From contig JANQPW010000048.1 of the NCBI GenBank assembly GCA_028285285.1, positions 1-29,006 of the forward strand: DNA of 29,006 bases, in the 5' to 3' direction. Positions 16,886-25,365 of this stretch are shown here, in pieces. The notes below the pieces were generated by a model. It did no database searches. It saw only the letters and a list, made by a program, of their open reading frames with translations, and was not told the DNA's origin. Source of the DNA: Silvanigrellales bacterium (GTDB lineage Bacteria > Bdellovibrionota_B > Oligoflexia > Silvanigrellales > Silvanigrellaceae). The position numbers were made by a program, and so were the translations under genes. Position 1 is the first letter of the stretch; every line of letters begins with the position of its first letter.

Positions 16886-17160
16886 CCGACGCGAAGGATA
16901 CCCAAACTCGTGTTGATACAGAAAAGCTTGCAAATGGACTTGGTGGTTTAGCCCTGACAATTGTCAAGCTTCTGCATGAGTTGATGCAGCGGCAGGCGTT
17001 GAAGCGATATGAAAGAGGAGAGCTCAGCGAGGAGGAAATCGAGCGGGCTGGAAGGACTTTTCAAGCCCAGGCACAGGAATTGGCTCGGTTGTGCGATCTT
17101 TTTGGGGTCAAGGAAGAGGAGCTCAACCTCGACTTGGGACCGCTCGGCAAACTCATGTAG
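16882..17160 (+). CDS. gvpK: Gas vesicle protein GvpK
   Basis: GLALTIVKLLHELMQRQALKRYERGELSEEEIER...LNLDLGPLGKL. Confidence 0.93.
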   Translation: MTDAKDTQTRVDTEKLANGLGGLALTIVKLLHELMQRQALKRYERGELSEEEIERAGRTFQAQAQELARLCDLFGVKEEELNLDLGPLGKLM

Positions 17161-17180
17161 CAAACACTGGAGAAAGACCC

Positions 17181-17525
17181 ATGACGCATAAAACTGTGAC
17201 GACCTCAACCGGTGGTTCGAATCTTGTCGATGTGATCGAACGTGTGCTCGACAAAGGTATTGTTATTGCGGGTGATATCAAGGTCAATCTCGTGGACATT
17301 GAACTTCTGACCATTCAGATTCGTCTTGTCGTCTGTTCGGTAGACAAGGCGGTCGAAATGGGAATGGATTGGTGGAAAAATGGATCGAGCTTTCTTTCCA
17401 CAGATCAAAATGAAAAGGACGAGAAGAGTCTTGTTGAGAGAATTGAGCGTCTTGAGAGCTCAATGAGACAAGATCAGGCAGCAGTGGCGAGTGCGAAACC
17501 ATTTTTAGCTGATGCGCAGAGCTGA
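17181..17525 (+). CDS. gvpJ: Gas vesicle protein GvpJ
   Basis: NLVDVIERVLDKGIVIAGDIKVNLVDIELLTIQIRLVVCSVDKAVEMGMDWW; ATG 17181 after GGAGA. Confidence 0.88.
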   Translation: MTHKTVTTSTGGSNLVDVIERVLDKGIVIAGDIKVNLVDIELLTIQIRLVVCSVDKAVEMGMDWWKNGSSFLSTDQNEKDEKSLVERIERLESSMRQDQAAVASAKPFLADAQS

Positions 17526-17533
17526 GGTTAGCC

Positions 17534-18376
17534 ATGGAAAAACAAAGCGTTACTTCTCCCGTGTTGAAGTCTCCTCGCTTGGAGCGGGAACAAAGCCTGT
17601 GGATGCTCAAGAGTCTTGCGCTGACCTCCTCAAAGGACCAACGAGAGAAAATTGAGGTGGTGTCGCGTGAGTTGGGCCACTCGGTGTTTCCTTTTTCTTG
17701 CGGTTCCCAAATGTGTGGCTTGGTCATCTGCGCAGCTGAAGAAAGGCAGGAGTGGGTAAGAGACGACATCGATGAGCTTATGAAGAATATCGATTGGATT
17801 GCTCCCCGCCTGCAGCAACACGCAGGTGTCTGCAACACCATTCACAGCATCGCCCCTTCCATTCCCATCGGTTTTGGTAGCCTCTTTTCCTCGGTGGAGG
17901 CTATGACAAGCAAGGCTCAATCCGTTTTTTCTGGCCTTGATCAAAACAAGCTCTGGGAGCTCAGTGGACTTGAATGGGGTTTGACCGTGAAAAGAGCAGC
18001 AGCGACGGACACCGTTGCAACACCCAGAGAGTCTGCGGCTCACAACGCTGTTTCGGGCAGTTGCTATTTTCAGTCTTTGGCACGAAAAAAGAGACATCGG
18101 CAAAATGAGAGTGAGATAGCAGAAGACGTGCTAGATGGTGTGCGGAACATTCTTGCGAAGTGTGGATTTCCCACCAATTCTCTTTCAGTCAGAGAAGATT
18201 GGCAAAACGCAAAGTCGAAGGAGCGAGTGGTTGGTCGATTTGCGACGCTGGTGCCAAGAGACAATCAGAACTTTCGAACTGACTGCGCCCGAGCCTTCGA
18301 GGAACTCGCTCGTGAAAAGAGTTCATGCTTTCATTTTGAATGGAATGGTCCTTGGGCCCCGTTCAGCTTTGTGTGA
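17534..18376 (+). CDS. Second GvpL/GvpF-family protein
   Basis: WIAPRLQQHAGV, SIPIGFGSLF, EWGLTV, YFQSLARKK, NGPWAPFSFV. Confidence 0.82.
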   Translation: MEKQSVTSPVLKSPRLEREQSLWMLKSLALTSSKDQREKIEVVSRELGHSVFPFSCGSQMCGLVICAAEERQEWVRDDIDELMKNIDWIAPRLQQHAGVCNTIHSIAPSIPIGFGSLFSSVEAMTSKAQSVFSGLDQNKLWELSGLEWGLTVKRAAATDTVATPRESAAHNAVSGSCYFQSLARKKRHRQNESEIAEDVLDGVRNILAKCGFPTNSLSVREDWQNAKSKERVVGRFATLVPRDNQNFRTDCARAFEELAREKSSCFHFEWNGPWAPFSFV

Positions 18377-18383
18377 CTCTTTG

Positions 18384-19241
18384 TCACGCGGCTTTTGACG
18401 AGATCGCAGTATAGATTTGCCCCAAGGATGGTTCGTGCGCAAATGGTTCAAGAGCCTCTAGAATCATCGACACAAGTGATCCCGCATAGGTGATTTCTGC
18501 GTCAAACTCGCCTTTGGCCATTTTATAGCCCATTGCGGTGTTGATGATGAACCAGTTTGAGCGGAGTGCTCCACAGATCTGGGAAGCCATAAAAGCAACT
18601 TCCTCGTTGTCTTCTACGGGCTCGAACATTTTTCGCACAAACCCGATCCAGCGCAGGCCCATCTCTTGGAGAGCCGCGTGAGTGGCTGGATCTTCTTTAG
18701 TGTCTCCAATCAGCTCGGAGAGACGACTCGCAAAGGCGTCGTTGGTGAGAGAAGCGATCACTCTTTCTTTGAGGTTGCTATCTGTTGCAGACTCCTGCCC
18801 CGCTGAGTCACCCCCTTGAATAGACTGAAGGTCGCTGAGTAAACGCTCCCCTTTCTGAACAAAAGCTTCGACCTGGTTGATCATCGCATTGATCTTGTCA
18901 TCTGTACTAGACATGTGGCCTCCTCGGTTTGCCTGATCCAATTTTTTTTGTGTCCAATCACAACACATTTCGTAAAGCTTGCCCTGAACACAATGTTCAA
19001 AAAATGTTTCAGCCGCAGCCTCAACAAGGCTATCCAGCTCGGCTAAACCGAGAATCTCCTGACGTTCCCTCTCAGACAACTCAGACGTTGGAAGTGAATT
19101 GTCTTTAAGAGAAGCAGCCATTTGGAGATGCCGATAAGCCGCATCTCGGAATGCCCTGTGTTGAGAAGTCAACCTCACACTCCCCGAATATTGCATTTGC
19201 ATCTGACCTTCGGACGGTGGTGGGAAAACTTGAGGAGTCAT
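18384..19241 (-). CDS. Hypothetical helical protein; may start at ATG 18914
   Basis: 285-codon ORF convergent with the gvp operon (7-bp gap); strong GAGGAGG RBS before an internal ATG at 18914. Confidence 0.6.
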   Translation of the reverse strand: MTPQVFPPPSEGQMQMQYSGSVRLTSQHRAFRDAAYRHLQMAASLKDNSLPTSELSERERQEILGLAELDSLVEAAAETFFEHCVQGKLYEMCCDWTQKKLDQANRGGHMSSTDDKINAMINQVEAFVQKGERLLSDLQSIQGGDSAGQESATDSNLKERVIASLTNDAFASRLSELIGDTKEDPATHAALQEMGLRWIGFVRKMFEPVEDNEEVAFMASQICGALRSNWFIINTAMGYKMAKGEFDAEITYAGSLVSMILEALEPFAHEPSLGQIYTAISSKAA

Positions 19242-19427
19242 TGGTTTTGGGTGTCGAGCTTTGTTCGGAAACTCCTGCAGCGAGTCCCAAGCTAGGGGAA
19301 CAGTAGAAGAAATTTTCCTTGTGAACCATTCATATGCGGAGTGAAGAAAGTGGCCACTGGAGAGATTTTCCGTGGTTTACAATTGTGGTGTGCATCAACC
19401 CATCAACTCGCGCGAAGGAATGCGAAA

Positions 19428-20774
19428 ATGAGTATTCTTGAACGTTCGGTCTCTGAAAGTGAATTCTCGATCTCCTTCTCTGAAGGAATGCCCACGGCAG
19501 TTGGGCTGTTGACCGAAGCATCTCAAATTGATCTGGATTTGGCGAACGACCGTGCCAAACCCCTTTCGCTCAGTGGGTTGAGGGGCGCTTCGTGGGCTGG
19601 CCTCGACACATTGGTGAGAGTGCTGAAATCGGAGGAACTTTGGCAGGGGAAGCTTACGGAAGTGCCCATTGGCCTCTATGAGCAGTTGCTGTCCATTGAT
19701 GGGGAGTGGGCGAAGGAGCACACACAGAGCGTGCTTGCGGGAAGCTCTCGGTTGGGCCAGACCGACTCAGGGAGGCTGATGGACACGTCGGAAGTCATCA
19801 TGGCCTGTAAAAAAATGAAGAGCTTAGGCCCTTCATGTGATCTTTTGCTGGTCCAGCAGGCCATTCATGGCGAAGGCCTCATGAACCTCAAAGATATGAA
19901 AGAGTTTGAAGGAGAGGTTGCTCGTTACATTTGCTTTGTGGCAACGATACTATCGGCTTGCTCCTTGTCATTTGCTGCTCTTTCCTTCCGTGTTCTTTCC
20001 CAAGTGCTGGGAATACTTCGCATTCGAAAGGCCCTCCTTCTTTTTGGTGGCCCAAGCGCGCGATTTAGTGCTGAAGCCGACTTCAATGAGGCAAGGCTCA
20101 TTCATCGTTTGAAGAAGCTTGAAGGTGTCTCAGATGTTGTGCGGAACATGTCACTGGGCCTTGGAAGCTCTCTCTTCGGCGCGCTTTCTCAGAGCCCGTC
20201 GATTCGCCCCATTCAATTGCTTGGAATTCTTCGTTCCTTTTCGAAGACTAATGAAGCCCTGAAATCTGCTGTTGAACCGCTGGAGACGGTTGGAAGCCAG
20301 ATCATTGCTTCCATCGATCATTTCCTTGACCCAGCCCCAGTTCAAGAGGCCTGGATGCGGCTTCAAAGCTCAGAGGTTTCAAGCCGCCAGAAAGATGGAA
20401 TTTCGAGAATGCTTTCGGTTTGGGGTCAGCGCTCAGATGCAACGTGGAACGACCTTTGCGGTCAAATCAATGGTGTTGTTGAAAACCTGCCGGAAGCGGG
20501 CATGAATCTCATTGTTGAACTGCAGCAAATCGACACGCTTCGGCAAGTTCTGGAGCATCGCATGAGTGAAGCAAGCGCTCTCACGGAGAACTTTTCTCAG
20601 TTGTCGAATGTTCAGGTCTTTGAGCGGGAGTTTGAGGGGTCGTGGGGAATTAAAGAAACAAGCAGATGGCTTGTGACGAATCTTGAGAAGTCGGTGTTTG
20701 AGAGCTTCTTTCCCGACTCAGACCTGCACACCCAGGGTGATCTTGTTTCTGGAAGTGATGTGGTGTTCTTTTAG
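19428..20774 (+). CDS. Hypothetical signalling protein: STAS-like N-terminus and CheZ-like C-terminus
   Basis: LQQIDTLRQVLEH (DxxxQ) and terminal GSDVVFF; N-terminal IDLDL...SLSGLRGASWAGL loosely STAS-like; ATG 19428 after GAAGGA (ORF track starts at 19341). Confidence 0.55.
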   Translation: MSILERSVSESEFSISFSEGMPTAVGLLTEASQIDLDLANDRAKPLSLSGLRGASWAGLDTLVRVLKSEELWQGKLTEVPIGLYEQLLSIDGEWAKEHTQSVLAGSSRLGQTDSGRLMDTSEVIMACKKMKSLGPSCDLLLVQQAIHGEGLMNLKDMKEFEGEVARYICFVATILSACSLSFAALSFRVLSQVLGILRIRKALLLFGGPSARFSAEADFNEARLIHRLKKLEGVSDVVRNMSLGLGSSLFGALSQSPSIRPIQLLGILRSFSKTNEALKSAVEPLETVGSQIIASIDHFLDPAPVQEAWMRLQSSEVSSRQKDGISRMLSVWGQRSDATWNDLCGQINGVVENLPEAGMNLIVELQQIDTLRQVLEHRMSEASALTENFSQLSNVQVFEREFEGSWGIKETSRWLVTNLEKSVFESFFPDSDLHTQGDLVSGSDVVFF

Positions 20775-20809
20775 AGGCGATCTCAAAACATTATTTTAAG
20801 GTAATTGCG

Positions 20810-21622
20810 GTGAGCTTGTTTCGGTTACTTTGTGCTTTGAGTGTCCTCAGCATTCTCTCAGGTTGTTTCACGCGCTCCAGTCTTGCTGAGCCAAAAGATG
20901 ATTTCAGGTTGAACGAAGAAGTGTGCGTCTTTGGCCCAAACTGTTTAAACCTCGACAAGTTCTTTCCCATTCGTAGCGAAGATTCATCGCCTTACGAGTT
21001 CTACATCAATGATATCGGACAACTCACAACAACCACAGGAGGCGGAGATTTTGGACTTCTGGTTTTTGAGCGTCCACTGGAAGATTTTGTTTTGACTGCT
21101 CAGTTTAAAGTACCGGAAGGAAGCTTTGAATTGGCAAACTCTGGAATTTTCTTTGGCTTTATTGATCCTCGCATTCCTCTTGAAGATCTCACTCCCGGGG
21201 AGACCTGGCCCAGTGATTGGCGATCTCAGCTTCTCAATCGAACACGTGCCTTTCTTGCGGCCTGGACAGGAGTGGAAGTTCAGCTGCTTGCTGGCGCACG
21301 TGCCAATGAATTTGAACCCAGCACCCAAAATGGCAGATTTTATGGGGAAGAGAACCAAATCATGCACTCCGAATACCGGCTTGACCCTGGAGAGAGGTAC
21401 TCCGTCCGTGTTGAAAAACGAGGTTCACGTGAAAGGGTTTGGATGCGCTGGCTCGGAGAGGAAAATCAAAATCCGGATGCTTCGGAAACGCTTGTGTCCG
21501 AATTGAACCGATCGAACAGCGAGAGCCCTCGCTTCGGGTATCTTGGAATTCAGTCATACTACAACAACGATGGTGACTTTCGAGCACTCCTCTTCGAGTC
21601 GCTCACGCTGCGTCTTCCTTGA
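20810..21622 (+). CDS. Lipoprotein with DUF1080 (3-keto-disaccharide hydrolase-like) domain
   Basis: Lipobox LSGC; LEDFVLTAQFK, ANSGIFF, GVEVQL, GYLGIQ. Confidence 0.72.
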   Translation: MSLFRLLCALSVLSILSGCFTRSSLAEPKDDFRLNEEVCVFGPNCLNLDKFFPIRSEDSSPYEFYINDIGQLTTTTGGGDFGLLVFERPLEDFVLTAQFKVPEGSFELANSGIFFGFIDPRIPLEDLTPGETWPSDWRSQLLNRTRAFLAAWTGVEVQLLAGARANEFEPSTQNGRFYGEENQIMHSEYRLDPGERYSVRVEKRGSRERVWMRWLGEENQNPDASETLVSELNRSNSESPRFGYLGIQSYYNNDGDFRALLFESLTLRLP

Positions 21623-21644
21623 ACATCCTCACGTCAACCAAAAA

Positions 21645-22661
21645 CTATTTCGTCACGATCACTTCAAGGTCAAGGGTGATGGGCGAGTGGCGGCAGTCCG
21701 TCGTTTCGTCGTCACCCGTTGTGATCAGTTTCAGCTGCGCACGGTTTTGCAGCTGGGCGAGCCGAGCCATCTTGAGTCCGTCTTCTCCAGTGAGCTCGAG
21801 AGCGAACCTTCCAGGTTGACTGGTTCGGGGAATCTCGCATGCCGTTTCTCCTAGGCAATACGGGTTGGGTTCTTCATCAGGGCCTGGATTCATTCCGCCA
21901 AGGAGCTGAGGCCACTCGTAGAGAAACACGCCCGAAAGCTCTTCGATTTGCTCAAATCGCGCGTTGTAGTTGTGGCTTGAGAGAACAATGGCATCGTTGA
22001 ATGTGAGCAGCAGCTCGTCGTCATAGTTGAGTGTCTCAACGTTTGAGTTGATGCTGAAGCCACAGAGGGTTTTGCCTGCTTCGAGGGGGATATCGCTGAT
22101 CTCTTCAACCCGAGCTGTCAGCACTCCGTCGGAGATATCGCCGTTGTCACCTTCTCCCCATGGGCATCCAAAAGTGTCAAGTCCGTTGTCATCAAACACA
22201 ATTGTGTGTGTGACCGTTTCGGTGTTTTCTGCGCGACAGAGATTGATCAATTCCAGCTCTGGAGAAAGAGGATCGTCTGAGCCGCCGCTCCCGGGCAGTG
22301 GGGTGTCAGGCATGGGGGTATCGCTCGGAGTGCTGTCTGGAGAGCCTGGTTGTTGATCAGCTGTTGGGTCGTTCACTTGTGTGTCATCTGGCACCACACC
22401 TTCTTCTTGGCTGGGATCGTCGAGAGCGGGTTCCTCAGAGCCGCCAGAATCTGGTTCTGTGCTGCCGGCGGGTTCATTGGGGGCGTCGGCGGTTTGATCG
22501 GCTCCTCTGGCCTCAGGTTTGACCTCGGCTTCTTTTTCTTCGAGCTCGCCGGAGGGAGTTGGCAGTTCGGGTGGATCCTGAAAGGCAATGTTTTTTCCGC
22601 ATGCAATCAGCGCAAGCAGCAGAGGCAGGGCTATGCCAGAGCTCTTGGCGAAGCAAGACAT
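21645..22661 (-). CDS. Lipoprotein with acidic Pro/Asp-rich linker and Cys-containing C-terminal domain
   Basis: Lipobox LIAC at residue 21 from ATG 22661; low-complexity PDS/PSD/PDT linker. Confidence 0.7.
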   Translation of the reverse strand: MSCFAKSSGIALPLLLALIACGKNIAFQDPPELPTPSGELEEKEAEVKPEARGADQTADAPNEPAGSTEPDSGGSEEPALDDPSQEEGVVPDDTQVNDPTADQQPGSPDSTPSDTPMPDTPLPGSGGSDDPLSPELELINLCRAENTETVTHTIVFDDNGLDTFGCPWGEGDNGDISDGVLTARVEEISDIPLEAGKTLCGFSINSNVETLNYDDELLLTFNDAIVLSSHNYNARFEQIEELSGVFLYEWPQLLGGMNPGPDEEPNPYCLGETACEIPRTSQPGRFALELTGEDGLKMARLAQLQNRAQLKLITTGDDETTDCRHSPITLDLEVIVTK

Positions 22662-22950
22662 ATGTGAACTGAGTTTAAGCACGGCTAACTCCCTTCGCAG
22701 GTTGGCCCACCAAACATGGGCCCTGTTTTCGGGGAGTATCGGCAGGGAAAGGCCTTACTCAATGAAGACTGCTGAAAAAAGATTTTCAGGGAAAGGATTT
22801 GATGACCTTCAACTTGGTTTCTTTAGGTGTGAGTCGGCATCTCATGTTTATGTCAATCCGGTGCGCGGCTGTTGGCTCAATCTTTGCTTGCGAGTTGATG
22901 GTCTGGCAATCATGGTGCCTGGCTTTCCCCTGAAAATTGTGGAGTGGTCT

Positions 22951-23619
22951 ATGCGTGAACTTCGGTATTTAGCGGTGATTTCAATTCTCTTTTTCTATTT
23001 TTCGTGCGGAAAAGAGTCCGATGTGTCTCAAACGAAAGAGATTGTGACAAAGCCAAAAGTTGACAATTCAGCAGTCATTGCAAAAGGCGAATCGTACTGT
23101 GGCGTTCTCTTTGGAGACGATAGAACAGAGTGTTTTTCAACGCTCGCACGCACAGCTTCACTTGATGACGATGCGTTTTATCTCTGTGAGTCACGAATTT
23201 TTGTTCCAGCAGACCGGGTGAGTTGTCTCCAGGCTGTGAGCAACAAGGAGTATGAAGGCTATCAGCTCAGCATTTGTGAGGTTGAATTTGTGCCAGGCAG
23301 GCTGATTGATTGCTTGGATCGCAACGGTTTTGTGAGTGGTGGAGGAACCGCAGACGTGATACCTGAGCTCAGAAACTATTGCGACACTTCAGTGTTACCA
23401 GAACAAAGACGTGAGTGCCTTCAGGAAGTTGCGAGCACTCAGCTCATTGAAACAACCGCGCTCGATCTTTGCAACCAGCGTGTCTTTGTCCATGATCAGC
23501 GAATGCAGTGTCTGAGAGCCATAAAGAACCAAGTTTTGAATGAATTTATTCTTGAGCAAAGTTGCCAACTTGCTTTTAGTATTGACCAAATCTTGGCATG
23601 TGTTGAAAGCGCGCGGTAA
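22951..23619 (+). CDS. Cys-rich repeat lipoprotein
   Basis: ATG 22951 after GGAG; signal peptide ending FSC; duplicated six-Cys domain. Confidence 0.72.
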   Translation: MRELRYLAVISILFFYFSCGKESDVSQTKEIVTKPKVDNSAVIAKGESYCGVLFGDDRTECFSTLARTASLDDDAFYLCESRIFVPADRVSCLQAVSNKEYEGYQLSICEVEFVPGRLIDCLDRNGFVSGGGTADVIPELRNYCDTSVLPEQRRECLQEVASTQLIETTALDLCNQRVFVHDQRMQCLRAIKNQVLNEFILEQSCQLAFSIDQILACVESAR

Positions 23620-23643
23620 GAGCTCTGGCTGAGACACCGATTC

Positions 23644-23670
23644 TCAGTTTTGGGCGAGATCGTCCGATAG
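23644..23670 (+). promoter_or_regulatory. Sigma28/FliA-like promoter of the S8 protease gene
   Basis: TCAG-N15-TCCGATAG, 36 bp before ATG 23707. Confidence 0.45.
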
Positions 23671-23706
23671 CCTCTGAATGAGTTCGTGCTTGTTGAGAGG
23701 TTGTGT

Positions 23707-25239
23707 ATGAACTGGTCACGCGGTTGGGGAGTGATCTCTGGGGCTGTGTTTCTGACGCTTTTGTTTGTTCTGACGGGATGTCCGGCTGAAATTCAGAGCC
23801 CGGCCCCACGCGATAAAGAACCGGCTCAGAATCCTGACCCCCAGTCGGAAGTTGACCGACCCCAGCCCGGTCCAGGTGCAAATCCTCCAAACTCATCGGC
23901 AGCGAAGCCTGCTGAGTCAGACCCGTCGGAGCCAAACAAAGAGAGACAACCTGCGGTTCTTGTGATGGATGACGGGTTTGATGTGTCTCACCCCGTTTTC
24001 CAAGGGAAGCTTGCCGCCATTTACACCTTGAAGTGTCAGGGCTCTTCGAGCGCTCCTGCCGCGACCGCTGCGCTCAGTTACGAGGAGAAGCTTGCAGCGG
24101 CAATTGAAGATCTCAAGAGAGAGACTGTCTCTTGTGAAATTGTGAACGGGATTGGACTGGAAAAATCACCTGCGTTTCAGGAAATAGTCTCGCTGAGAGA
24201 CCGCTGGAACAGTGTCATTCAGAGCAAAGGTTCCGGGCAGGAGTCTTGGGACACCGATCTTTGGCTTCGTGTCACGCGTATTGTTGATGGTCTTGATGAA
24301 AACTATGAACCTGAGTTTTCTTACCATGGAACAAATACCGCTAGTGTGATTGCGTACCAGAACCCGAAGGCCACGTTGATTCTCCTGCAGGTTGAGTTGG
24401 CTTCTTCTGGTGAGGAAATCGCATCATCTGGCGGGTGTCCTGATCTGAATGAATTCGCCGAGGAGAACAGGATTCTCAAGGAGCCTTCGTTTCAAGAAGC
24501 TTTCATCAACCGACCGACCCTTGGAGTTGAGAAAGAACTCGATGACATCGTTGAGAAGCATGGCGTTCAAGTAGTGAACTTCAGCGCTGGGGCACCTCTC
24601 CACTCCACAATGGTGAATCTCCTCCGCGAGTCGGGATGTGTTTTCGATGAAACCGAATTTCTTCGACTGTCTGTGGAGCATGAGAAGATCTCACACGCAC
24701 TCAGTCAAGAACGGAAAAAGAAGCATCCAGAACCAGCAAATTTGCTCTTTGTTCAGTCAGCGGGTAACAGTGGTGCCCGCATAGACACAGTGGAAGATGC
24801 GGCCCGATGTCTGAGAGATGAGCAGACTCTGATCGTGGGCAGTCTGAACCATCAAGGAAGAATCAGTGATTTTTCAAACTATGGTGACTGCGTGGATTTT
24901 TACATTCTGGGTGAATCTGTTGTGGCTGCCGCTCCAGAAGGGTTCCTCACAAGTGTTTCAGGAACGAGTTTTTCGGCACCTTTGCTGTCGAGGCTGGTTG
25001 CAGAACAATTGACTCCCTTTGAAGATGCTACTAAAATTAAGGCTCTTTTGGCGGCTCGAGCCGACTCGAATCGGTTTCTCTTAAAAGAAGCCTATCCCGC
25101 GGAGCTTGCCTTTGAAAGCTCAACTCCTGTGAACTCCTTTTCTCTCACTCCTACCCCCACCCGCGTTGGAGAGTTTCCTCTTCAGAAGTTAAAAACCATC
25201 CAAAAAATGCGTCAAATTTTACGTCTTTTAGGACACTGA
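23707..25239 (+). CDS. S8 (subtilisin-like) serine peptidase, lipoprotein
   Basis: Triad VMDDG(D), YHGT(H), GTSFSAP(S); oxyanion SAGN; lipobox LTGC. Confidence 0.9.
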   Translation: MNWSRGWGVISGAVFLTLLFVLTGCPAEIQSPAPRDKEPAQNPDPQSEVDRPQPGPGANPPNSSAAKPAESDPSEPNKERQPAVLVMDDGFDVSHPVFQGKLAAIYTLKCQGSSSAPAATAALSYEEKLAAAIEDLKRETVSCEIVNGIGLEKSPAFQEIVSLRDRWNSVIQSKGSGQESWDTDLWLRVTRIVDGLDENYEPEFSYHGTNTASVIAYQNPKATLILLQVELASSGEEIASSGGCPDLNEFAEENRILKEPSFQEAFINRPTLGVEKELDDIVEKHGVQVVNFSAGAPLHSTMVNLLRESGCVFDETEFLRLSVEHEKISHALSQERKKKHPEPANLLFVQSAGNSGARIDTVEDAARCLRDEQTLIVGSLNHQGRISDFSNYGDCVDFYILGESVVAAAPEGFLTSVSGTSFSAPLLSRLVAEQLTPFEDATKIKALLAARADSNRFLLKEAYPAELAFESSTPVNSFSLTPTPTRVGEFPLQKLKTIQKMRQILRLLGH

Positions 25240-25365
25240 ACACCTTTTGTTTAGTTGTTATCTGATTCTTGTTAAGTTACATTTGTTGTTATTCACACAA
25301 TAGAAAAAGTATGCGTGCCGCAGTTCCTGCGTGAGCCTCTGAAAGAGAAAATGGGGAGGGAGCCA

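Noticed and set aside
22736-22762. Fifth sigma28-like promoter (GCCGATAC on the minus strand)
   Set aside because: Good -10 but the -35 at 15-bp spacing reads TTGA; too weak to list.
22588-22950. N-terminal extension of the 343-aa ORF
   Set aside because: Overlaps the divergent lipoprotein start and intergenic region; signal peptide and RBS point to ATG 22951.
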